NCBI GenBank assembly: GCA_947173955.1
Contig: CAMWHE010000004.1
Span: 6,513 to 70,512, forward strand
Length of the DNA: 64,000 nt
Origin: an uncultured Bacteroidales bacterium
Lineage (GTDB): Bacteria > Bacteroidota > Bacteroidia > Bacteroidales > Muribaculaceae
Reading direction: 5' to 3'
Position 1 is the first letter of the stretch. The number at the start of each line of letters is the position of its first letter. A program made the position numbers and the translations under genes. A model generated the notes under the pieces. That model did no database searches. It saw nothing but the letters and a program-made list of their open reading frames with translations, and had not been told where the DNA came from. Below are positions 28,811 to 37,700 of the stretch, in pieces.

Positions 28811-28841
28811 AAAAAGGGACTTCGTGATGAAGTCCCTTTTT
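28811..28841. terminator. Strong bidirectional terminator hairpin
   Basis: 12-bp stem AAAAAGGGACTT / AAGTCCCTTTTT with a 7-nt loop and A/T runs on both sides. Confidence 0.7.
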
Positions 28842-28937
28842 ATGTTATCAGCCGGAAGAAGCTTCCTCATGTTCATATTCTGATGTGTATTGCTCGCACA
28901 TGCTCTGCAAGTGCGATAGGGGTAAGAAAAATGCAAC

Positions 28938-29279
28938 GTGGGGGCTCACCTTTGGCTTAACCGCCACGCTACTATGCCGACACCTGCCCGGCAGGTGTCT
29001 CTACTTTGTCTCCTCGCCCCTGGCGGATGGAAATGCGGAATAGCTATAATCGGCGTCCCGAAGAGGGACGCCCTGAGAGAGCTGCGACAGGTACCGGGCA
29101 CATCTCGCTACGCTCGATGTACCGCGGCTACTGTAAATCGGCGCTCTCTTCGGAGCGCCACATGGCGACTGAAAGATATCAGTAACTGCAATCGGATTGC
29201 ACGATATCGCGTTGCCGACGCTCATTTTCGCCATACTTCCCTGCTCCCCAGACACTGACGTACGCCTGAGGTTGCCCAC
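28938..29279 (+). other. GC-rich, hairpin-dense non-coding block (possible structured RNA or recombination-site arm), family unknown
   Basis: It contrasts sharply in composition with its AT-rich surroundings. Stems: 28979-28999 (9 bp), 29052-29072 (8 bp), 29080-29086/29123-29129 (7 bp with one U.G), 29140-29159 (7 bp), and a nested 29164-29216 stem with one G.U. The wobble pairs only work on the + strand. The two ORFs across it do not look like proteins. Confidence 0.35.
28977..29040 (+). repeat. 64-bp direct repeat, copy A
   Basis: Matches 31139-31202 at 56 of 64 positions with no indels. It contains the hairpin GACACCTGC-CCG-GCAGGTGTC. Confidence 0.9.
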
Positions 29280-29397
29280 AATAACGCGCCTTTATGACGT
29301 TTGACCTCATATTATTTTCGCAACCATCATCTTTTTACATCGACCCACTTTTTGCTTGTTGGGACAAAAATCGTATCTTTACGAAAATATAATCAAT

Positions 29398-29742
29398 ATG
29401 GAATCTCAGTATATCGAAATAGACCCGAACGATAAAATTATATGCGTGAATATCAGCAGCTCTTTTGATAAAAAAGAACGTGCAGATAATTATGATCGGG
29501 CACGGCATTATTGGAAAGTTTCACCTAAAAGAGCTAATAATGCTAATCTTGTATTGGCTACCGCACATGGAATAGTAATAGCTGTATTCAAGCCGTTCAA
29601 ATGGTATCAGACAAACTCCATCAAATACCCGGGAAGATATGAATTTGATGGCGAAGAAGTAAAAGATTCACCATATTTAGGAAAATGTATATGGAATGTA
29701 GTCAACAAACATACAGTCTCCATTGCTTATATAAACTTGTAA
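29398..29742 (+). CDS. Hypothetical small protein (114 aa) in the low-GC cassette
   Basis: The ORF starts MESQYIEIDPNDK.... The start is the ATG at 29398, preceded by the ATCTTTACGAAAA motif. I recognise no family. Confidence 0.55.
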   Translation: MESQYIEIDPNDKIICVNISSSFDKKERADNYDRARHYWKVSPKRANNANLVLATAHGIVIAVFKPFKWYQTNSIKYPGRYEFDGEEVKDSPYLGKCIWNVVNKHTVSIAYINL

Positions 29743-29956
29743 CAAGGAAAATTTCACCGTACTAAACACGTACTGTTAAGACACCAAACATGATAATATG
29801 AGTATGGTCTACGATCTTTACGAAAACTCCAATATGCCCAAGTGTTTGCTGTTATAAAAAATAGTGGAATTGGGATATCTATATCACACGATCAAAAATT
29901 AGCATTAGGGGCGATCGGGAAAAAGCTCCAAGCTGTTTTGGGCAAAAAAGAATAGT

Positions 29957-31069
29957 ATGACAAAAATTCTCTCTCAAAATTACAGCTATGCCAATAATTC
30001 GAGCAATGAACTTATAAAAGTTTCTACTGCTCAGCGTAATGAAAAATATTTTTGTCCTGTATGCGGCGAACTTATGATCCCTCATATGGGAAAAATTCGA
30101 CGTTGGCATTTCGTTCATAAAAACACAGAAAACTGTTCATATGAATCATATCTCCATCTGTTAGCGAAATTCAAGATAAGAGAGACTTTTCTTAAATCCG
30201 AGCATTTTCTGCTTTCATATAAAGCAAAAGCACTTTGTTCTCATGAGTGCCCTTTTATCACTTCTCCCAAATGCGAAGATGAAAAACCTGTTCAATTCGA
30301 TTTGCGTAGATACTATGATAAATGCGAGATAGAAGCTTCCTATTATCAATACCGAGCTGACTTACTATTATCCTCTTCTACAAACTCTAATCGACCACCT
30401 GTGTTAATTGAAATTAGGGTTACACATAAATGTACTGAAGACAAAATTAATAGTGGTGCTCGTATTATTGAAATCCCAATTCAATCTGAAGAACAAATTG
30501 ATCATATTGTTGAAAGCGGCAAATTAAAAGCAGTAAGAGCTAATCAATTTAGCCATTTAGACGAAAATAAAATAACCTTATACAATTTCAATAAAATAGA
30601 ATCTTTTGATCCGATTGGATCATTCGATGAAGACGAAGAGTATTTTAGTCGAAAGAATACAATTGTATTTTGGCTGAATCAACAAGGCAAATTCTGCTCA
30701 TTTGATTGTCACTGTTACGAAGTTCGTGACAAACTACCACCAAATGTTCATTATTATATAACCCAAATTGCGACCCCATTCAAAGAGATTTTTCAAGAAT
30801 TCTCTAAGCGAGGAGTAAAAATTCGTAATTGTTTCTTATGCAAGTTTAGTAAACAAGACTATTGGGGCGACTGGATTTGCATTCTATATAAGAGACTTAG
30901 TTTACCACGTAAGCCTTCTCCATATAGCGCTACATCATGTTCCAATTACATGGAAAATTTTATGACTTCGCAAAATGCGGTATCAATTGCACACCCTCAA
31001 AATACGGAACAATCTGATTCTACTCCCCCCTGTAAGTTCTATTACCATATATGTGAGGATATACTATGA
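29957..31069 (+). CDS. CoiA-like zinc-ribbon / PD-(D/E)xK-type nuclease family protein with a Cys-rich C-terminal extension
   Basis: The N-terminus YFCPVCGELMIPHMGKIRRWHFVHKNTENCSYESYLHLLAK parallels the CoiA pattern CPxCG...HFAH....C...SE.H. YRADLLL...VLIEIRVTH parallels the D...E.Q.S core. The C-terminal half has several Cys clusters of unknown family. Confidence 0.6.
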   Translation: MTKILSQNYSYANNSSNELIKVSTAQRNEKYFCPVCGELMIPHMGKIRRWHFVHKNTENCSYESYLHLLAKFKIRETFLKSEHFLLSYKAKALCSHECPFITSPKCEDEKPVQFDLRRYYDKCEIEASYYQYRADLLLSSSTNSNRPPVLIEIRVTHKCTEDKINSGARIIEIPIQSEEQIDHIVESGKLKAVRANQFSHLDENKITLYNFNKIESFDPIGSFDEDEEYFSRKNTIVFWLNQQGKFCSFDCHCYEVRDKLPPNVHYYITQIATPFKEIFQEFSKRGVKIRNCFLCKFSKQDYWGDWICILYKRLSLPRKPSPYSATSCSNYMENFMTSQNAVSIAHPQNTEQSDSTPPCKFYYHICEDIL

Positions 31070-31138
31070 AGTATTGGTAAAATCATGTTATACTCTCATT
31101 ACCATACAACATCATTATAAGCCAACAAATCAAGGAAC

Positions 31139-31202
31139 CCGACACCTGCCGAGCAGGTGTCTCTCCTCTGTCTCCTCTCCCGTGGGGGATGGAAATGCGA
31201 AA
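31139..31202 (+). repeat. 64-bp direct repeat, copy B, abutting the msrAB stop codon
   Basis: See copy A. The offset is exactly 2162 bp. The hairpin stem is conserved and two of the differences fall in its loop (CCG versus CGA). Confidence 0.9.
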
Positions 31203-31203
31203 A

Positions 31204-32154
31204 TTAGTGGGAGGGGGTGACGAGGGGGATGAAGGAGGCGTAGCCGGCGGAGGCCATTTCTTCGAGGGGAATGAACCGGAGGGCTGCGGAGTTGATACAG
31301 TAGCGGAGGCCACCGGTCTCGACGGGGCCGTCGGGGAATACATGACCGAGATGGGAGTCGGCGCGGGCTGAGCGTACCTCGGTGCGATGGCGCCCATAGC
31401 TGTGATCGTCGTGCTCGGTCAGCAGAGACGTGTCGATCGGACGGCTGAATGCGGGCCATCCGCACCCGGAATCATATTTGTCGGATGAGACAAAGAGAGG
31501 GGTGCCGTCAACGATATCGACGTAGATGCCGGGACGGAATTCATGGTCATATTCGTTGATAAACGGTCGTTCGGTGGCACTGTTCTGTGTCACCTCCCAC
31601 TGAAGCGGGGTCAGACGTTGACGCAGCTGCTCGCGGCTTTCGGTTTTGGCAGACTTTTTCATCTCTCTGACCTCCTTGAAAAGAGCCGGATTGACATGGC
31701 AGTAGCCGTCGGGATTCTTTACGAGATAGTCCTGATGATAGTCCTCGGCAGGATAAAAGTTTTTCAAGGGGAGAAATTCGACAGCGAGCGGTTCGGTGTG
31801 GCGACGCTGCAGGGTAGCGAGCTCGGCCTCAATGACCGGGACATCGGTAGGGTCAGTATAGTAGATGCCTGTGCGATACTGCGTACCGGTATCATTGCCC
31901 TGACGGTTGAGTGACAGTGGATCGATGCTACGGAAATAGATGCGCAGGATTGTCGACAATCCGATTTCCTCAGGGTCATAATCGACTTTGACAGTCTCGG
32001 CCGCGTGGGTCAGCCCGGTGCAGACTTGCTGATATGTGGGCGAGGGAATCAGGCTGTTGGCATAGCCCGCAGTGGCTTTGTCGACTCCGGGAATCAGCGA
32101 CATCAGGTGAGCGGTACCCCAGAAGCATCCGCCGGCAAGGTATATCGTCTTCAT
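31204..32154 (-). CDS. msrAB: Bifunctional peptide-methionine (S)/(R)-S-oxide reductase MsrA-MsrB fusion
   Basis: The N-terminus carries GGCFWG (MsrA). The C-terminus carries CGWPAF and [11 protein letters not shown] (MsrB). Confidence 0.92.
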   Translation of the reverse strand: MKTIYLAGGCFWGTAHLMSLIPGVDKATAGYANSLIPSPTYQQVCTGLTHAAETVKVDYDPEEIGLSTILRIYFRSIDPLSLNRQGNDTGTQYRTGIYYTDPTDVPVIEAELATLQRRHTEPLAVEFLPLKNFYPAEDYHQDYLVKNPDGYCHVNPALFKEVREMKKSAKTESREQLRQRLTPLQWEVTQNSATERPFINEYDHEFRPGIYVDIVDGTPLFVSSDKYDSGCGWPAFSRPIDTSLLTEHDDHSYGRHRTEVRSARADSHLGHVFPDGPVETGGLRYCINSAALRFIPLEEMASAGYASFIPLVTPSH

Positions 32155-32157
32155 TTG

Positions 32158-33339
32158 TTAAATCTTTATGTAAATCTTACGTCGATAGAGGAAGTAGCCA
32201 GGAATCCAGTTGACAAACACGAACAGGATAGCCCACAGGCATGAAGCGAGCTGAGCGTCACCGCCTGTCAGCGGATTGAGAACTGTATAATAGAAAGCCC
32301 CTTTGAGCGAGGTGACTCCGCCGGGAGCAGCACCGCATCCGACGATGATATCCGACAAAAGATAGGCGAGGACTGCACTCTGAACGTAGAGGTAGAGCGG
32401 ATTGACGCCGAAAGCATGGAAGAACGGAGTCCAGCGCTTCCATCCCTTGACATCGATTATCCAAATAAGGAGGGCGAGGAGACTTGAGGCCATACCACAG
32501 GTAGTGAGTACGAATGTCGGCGACCATACCTTCTTGTTTAGGGGCAGACCATAGCAGAGAAGGAGTCCGCAGAAGGTCATGACGGCGCCGATAATGAAGA
32601 GCTTGTTGAGCATCTCGTCCCGGGAAGCGGCTTTACAGATGATACCACCGCAAAGGAAACCGATGAGCATATGAGCGATAGAGGGAAGAGTGCTGACGAG
32701 TCCTTCCGGATCGAATATAAACGGTTCGCCGAAAGCGCGGTCGGTGTACATATGGGCATCGCCGATGACGCTGCGGTCGATACGGGCAAGTATGTTGGTG
32801 TCACCATAGACAAATCCATCGCCGAATATCAGCAGCAGAGCATACCCGACAAGGAATGTCGCAATAAGCCACGGAAGGACACGATGCTTTACGGTCACGG
32901 CAAGGAGCGCTCCGATACCATAGCAGATACCCAGGCGGGGAAACACGCCGAGGATACGGATTCGGTCGAATGTCATTGTGGCCTCGGCAAGCGTCTTGCC
33001 ATCGACCAACAGGCCTTTGAGCCACATTGAAAACCATGCCAGACCGAGACCGATAAGCCATATAAGCAGGGCCCGGCGGATTATCTTCGTGACAACAGGA
33101 CGCGTGGGACGAAACTCGGTCTTGCGTAGCGACAGATAGGTCGACACACCCATGATAAACATGAAGAATGGAAAGACCAGATCGGTCGGCGTAAGGCCGT
33201 TCCATGCGGCATGACGCAGAGGCGTATAGGCCTTGGCCCATGTGCCCGCATTGTTGACAAGAATCATGCCGGCAATAGTCAAGCCGCGCATAATGTCGAG
33301 AGCCAACAGGCGCTGATTAGTTTTGGCGATAGATGTCAT
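32158..33339 (-). CDS. Heparan-alpha-glucosaminide N-acetyltransferase-like membrane acyltransferase (DUF1624/DUF5009)
   Basis: The N-terminus RLLALDIMRGLTIAGMILVNN is typical of this family, and the protein is polytopic. Confidence 0.7.
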   Translation of the reverse strand: MTSIAKTNQRLLALDIMRGLTIAGMILVNNAGTWAKAYTPLRHAAWNGLTPTDLVFPFFMFIMGVSTYLSLRKTEFRPTRPVVTKIIRRALLIWLIGLGLAWFSMWLKGLLVDGKTLAEATMTFDRIRILGVFPRLGICYGIGALLAVTVKHRVLPWLIATFLVGYALLLIFGDGFVYGDTNILARIDRSVIGDAHMYTDRAFGEPFIFDPEGLVSTLPSIAHMLIGFLCGGIICKAASRDEMLNKLFIIGAVMTFCGLLLCYGLPLNKKVWSPTFVLTTCGMASSLLALLIWIIDVKGWKRWTPFFHAFGVNPLYLYVQSAVLAYLLSDIIVGCGAAPGGVTSLKGAFYYTVLNPLTGGDAQLASCLWAILFVFVNWIPGYFLYRRKIYIKI

Positions 33340-34664
33340 TGATATAATAATGTAAGATTTGAACCGGGGAAATAGTGTGATAATATATCTTCATATGAAT
33401 AGCCCTGACTGCCCATTACAGCGGCTCCGATCTGGCAGAGCCCTACCCCATGGCCCCAGCCGGCGCCATGCAGAGTTATGACGGCATCTGAGTCGTCTCC
33501 GTCGATGGCAACTGTAAATGCAGAACTATACAGATGCGTGGGAGAAAGGGAGCGCCGTATCTCCAGCTCTTTTCCGATGATAAGGCTGTCTTCGCTTCCG
33601 ACGACCATCAGACGAGTAATACGGCCGGACTTACCACGCTGCAGGGGACGGAGATCCCTGATATAGCCGAGATGACGACCGGTACGTCGCTCAAAGAGCG
33701 CACCGAGAGAATCGGCACGATAGATCACTGTCCACCGATAAAAGTCAGTAGTAGCGCGGTCATAACTGTTAAGCACCGCGGCGAGCACGTCAGTAGATGG
33801 ATTGGCGCAGAAGGCATCAGGGCGACTTTCAATCCACTCCGCAGCTATTGTACTGTCTGTCAGATCGGGAACGGGAAGAGGCTCAGGCGAATCGCAGCAC
33901 GCTTCGAGATAGCTTTTATGAACAGGCTCCCAGCAATTCTCAAACTCTTCGGTGACACCACCGCAACATTTGGAAAAGCGTGCATCGCAGACTTCGCCCC
34001 CGGAAGTGAGCACAAGTCCGCGGGTAGACTTCACGGCATCGGCTACAGCCGGATTGGTACGGCGCGTCACTCCCTGATAACGCTGACAATGGTCGTCGGC
34101 ACAGACATCGAAAAGGTCATGGTCGTCGCGGTCATACCAGACTGTCACTTCGCCGGGAAGCTCCGCCCTAACCTCGGCCTTGCGGCCGCGACGCTCAAGC
34201 TGCGACAACAGCCATGAACGGGAAATAACGGCGTGAGCCTTCAGCAACGCCTCCGATGAGTTGGCACTCATTTCGCTTGAAATGACGCTCTCGAGATAGC
34301 GTTCTATGTCGATTTCATTTATGACGACCAACTGATCTCCTTTACGGAGAAGTTTTATATCGCCCTCGAAAGCCTGAGTCTCCTGCTGCTCCCAATGGAA
34401 ACCGACACCGATAGTGACGTCGACAATCTCTATCACACCGCCGGCAGGAGCAGACAACGTCATGCAGGAATCGACATCGCAGGTCGCAATACGTAATGTA
34501 TCTGACACTGAAGAGGCAGAATCATTAATGACAAGCGTGACTTCAGGGACTGTCATCAGTCCGACAGATATCATGGGAACAGTCCCGACCTGCCGACTCC
34601 CACCGCGACAGGACGACAGCAACAGGACAGATGCATAAAGGGATAAAGCTCTGAGTAATTTCAT
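33336..34664 (-). CDS. SpoIID/LytB domain-containing protein
   Basis: Has a lipoprotein-type signal (LLLSSC) and the motifs DHCQRYQG, SKCCGG and GHGVGLCQIGA. Confidence 0.8.
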   Translation of the reverse strand: MKLLRALSLYASVLLLSSCRGGSRQVGTVPMISVGLMTVPEVTLVINDSASSVSDTLRIATCDVDSCMTLSAPAGGVIEIVDVTIGVGFHWEQQETQAFEGDIKLLRKGDQLVVINEIDIERYLESVISSEMSANSSEALLKAHAVISRSWLLSQLERRGRKAEVRAELPGEVTVWYDRDDHDLFDVCADDHCQRYQGVTRRTNPAVADAVKSTRGLVLTSGGEVCDARFSKCCGGVTEEFENCWEPVHKSYLEACCDSPEPLPVPDLTDSTIAAEWIESRPDAFCANPSTDVLAAVLNSYDRATTDFYRWTVIYRADSLGALFERRTGRHLGYIRDLRPLQRGKSGRITRLMVVGSEDSLIIGKELEIRRSLSPTHLYSSAFTVAIDGDDSDAVITLHGAGWGHGVGLCQIGAAVMGSQGYSYEDILSHYFPGSNLTLLYQ

Positions 34665-34739
34665 TCTACAAATTTAGACTCTTTTATCCGAAAAATCAAT
34701 ACCTGCACAGGAGAAAGACTCCGTATGAGCGTATATGGC

Positions 34740-37700
34740 TCAACGGGCAAGATTCAGATTGAGTGACAGACCGTAAGAGGTATTAGTTGTCGGGTAAGAA
34801 GAGGTCGTGACAAGCGGAGTGTTGACCTGGTGGTCGAAATAAGCGGCGAGTGTAAGACGACGCGAGAGTACGTATTTGGCCGAGAAATTGATACCGAAGG
34901 TTTCCGTGCCCGAAGTAGGCTGAGTGTATGCGGTCTCGATACGGCGGATAAGAGCCTGAGTAGAATTAAAGTTGAGGTCAAGGTTAAGGGTAAGATCGTT
35001 GCTGACGGATGTACCCGAACCTTTCATCTTAAGGATTGTATTGAACCCTACGATCTTATACCCAGCTCCAATAGTCAGACCCTTCGTGGTTGCTTCCACA
35101 ATCTGTCCGGCTCCGGGATTAAGAGTAAGAGTACGCTGATCGCGATACTCGGCATTGAACGTGACTTCATTTTTCATAGTCACCGAGGCACCAATAAGCG
35201 GAGCGAATCGCTCGGTAATGGCAACGGTAGTGATATTGTAGGGGGACGAGGGAACGGGGCGACCGGTCAGCTCGTCGAGCGTAAAGCCGCGGTTTCCGTC
35301 GGCAGAAATCCAGTTGAGGAATGATGAGTAGTTGCCTACCGAATATGTGCACTGATAAGCGTGGTTGAGGGAAAATGACTTGAAGTATGATTTAGCAGAG
35401 GGGAGAATCTGGAGGGCATCATAGGTTATTCGCCAGTTGGGCAATACGGACTTGAATGACGGGAAGAGGTCAAGAGTGACCTTAGATGGATCGGATCCAC
35501 TGTAAGCGGCGAGGAATGCCGGAATGAGGACATCGGAAGAAGTAGCCGACGATGTACCTACGGCCGGGTCAAACGGCAGCCCGGCCCAGGGGGTATCACT
35601 TAGAAATCCTGCATCCGGATAATTCAGCCCCTGATATGAATTTTCGACACGCTGAGCTATTACCGGGATATTGCGCAGGAACGCATCGAAGGCAGCCGAG
35701 GCATATCCGTCAGCAGCCTTTGAACTGGAAAGCGCTGTGCCGATAGCACAGTGGGTACGCGTGTAGGAGCCGGTCAGTGATACAGGCATATCGGCATACA
35801 TGAACTGCATCTGCTTGGAGCGGTTGTCAGTACGATTCATCGTCAGCTGTATCTTCAGACCCTTAATCGGCTCCAGATTCAACTCTACATTCAATTCATC
35901 GGTAGAGGAAATCAGTGCCGGAGATGTCTGGCCGTCGTTGGTTATGAGCCATCCACGTTCCTTGGCACGCGTGACATAGCTTTCATCAGCAAAACCGAAA
36001 GCAAAGTCGAGACCGGGCGACATCGGACCGTATGAGTTAGACTGTCCGAATATATTGCCGATGTCGTTGCGGAAAAGCGGAAGCGTCAGTCCGCGCGAAC
36101 GTTTCCAGCGCACGGAGGCAGTTCGAGGCGATATTATCAGTCGCGTGGTATATGCAAGGATCTCCTTGAATACCGGTTTATCAACCTTCTGCACCTCGAC
36201 AATCGTAAATTTCAGATTCTGGTCTCCTCGGTCAAGCACTTCGATGGAGTTGGCATCGACAATCTTGAATTTGACCGGGAATGGCGCACCGTCGGTAGTG
36301 GCAGCCGTAACTGAAACTTTTGGAACACGAAGGTTGTGCTTTATAAGAAGCGTCGTATCGGATTTGAGCTTGAACGTACGCTCAAATCGCTTGGGTTTCT
36401 TAGCCGTAGTTTTAGCGCGGGTAGCGGAGAATCGCTTGTGAACATCCTTGACATAGGGCAATTTGTTATAGAGCGACTCAAAGTTGAGACGGCCGTCGGC
36501 ACTTAGTGTCGACTGGCTTGCAATCGTATTACCCATTGAGATGTCATCGATCGTAGCTCCGCGATCCCATCGGTAGGTGGCGTTATAGGACGCATTGGCC
36601 GTCAGGAAGTCGAGAACAGGAATGCGGTTGAACGGAGCCTTATAGTTGGCAACAAAAGACTGATTGTAAGCCCAGGGGGTACCCATGCTGAGGATACTTG
36701 ACCAGACTGTATCCTGCCATTCCTTATATTTATCGGGGAAGAGTTTCCGATTGACCGCGCCGGCAGTCTCCTCGATTCGTGCCGAGGTGTTGGAATTGAA
36801 TGTCACAGACAGCGAGCGGGTAATATTCCATGTCAGGCTGAACTGACGGTCCCACAGGAAATTCTTGCTTACGGATACGGGGAGCTGGAACATCTGGTCG
36901 GTCTCCGACCGGGTCTGCTGCTCATAGTAGTAGCGCGACATCGTGGTCAGGAACGAGATGTTGTCAGGCGCCCAGCGCAGCTCCCAGTCCTTGACAAATT
37001 TCAGATTCTTATTTTTGCTCTTGATGAATGAGAACGGCTTGAACGCCTTGATATAAGGCGCATAGGAATAAGCGAGAGAACCACGGTAGTCGTTGGTATT
37101 CTCGTACTCGGTAGTCGGGTCATTTTTAGACTGACGTGAGAACGAGAAATTGATTGTGAAGTTGGCAGGATCCCAGGGCATCGGACGCTTGCTCTTTATG
37201 TCGAACTTGAGTGCCGACAGGGAAAAATTCTCCGTACTGGAGCGTTCGACAGCGTATGCACGTATTGAGTCGCGCTCGGCCGGGGTAGCCACATCAAGAG
37301 CGTCCTTGAGGAGTACGTCCTGGTCAAGCGGGTTGTAACGCGGAGTAGTGGTCTCGCGTGACATCGAGTAGAAAATCGGGGCACGGAGCTTGACGGACTC
37401 TGGCAGGAGACGGCCAACATCACCGGAGACAGCGACATTATATTGTTCATAATCGTCGAGGCGGCGCTCATTGAGCGATTGATCGACACCTCCGAAACCG
37501 GCAGTCTCGATATGTGCGCCGAAATTGATAGTGGCGATATCCGACATCGACAAATTGGCATTGACTTTACCGGCCCAGCCACCTTCCTCATTGAAATCAG
37601 TGACTTTCAACTCATTGATCCAGACTGTACCGGCCTTGACAACAGAAGCGTTGTTGCGTACACCGATGAGAATGACACGCACGTCGCTCAGAGAGGGATT

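Noticed and set aside
28938-29279. 106-aa (+) and 92-aa (-) ORFs covering the GC-rich block
   Set aside because: Both strands are open simply because the block is GC-rich. The translations are R/S/A-rich with no motif, and there is no start context. I treat the block as non-coding structured sequence.
28938-29279. Hypothesis that the GC-rich block is tmRNA, RNase P RNA or another housekeeping RNA
   Set aside because: There is no GGAAAGTCCGG or ACAGAACCCGGCTTA-type RNase P motif. There is no tRNA-like T-arm or CCA-proximal end, and no tag ORF ending in a hydrophobic ...ALAA-type peptide for tmRNA. There is no group II intron domain V-like sequence. It remains unassigned.
28977-31202. Integron-type cassette (attC) interpretation of the 64-bp repeats
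   Set aside because: I could find no RYYYAAC/GTTRRRY core sites in the repeats, and there is no intI and no cassette array. The repeats are direct copies of one unit, not attC-like imperfect palindromes beyond the single hairpin.
31083-31465. 104-aa and 111-aa minus-strand ORFs, P/R/S-rich
   Set aside because: They are alternative frames of the 3' part of msrAB, whose own frame carries the MsrB motifs. They are not independent genes.
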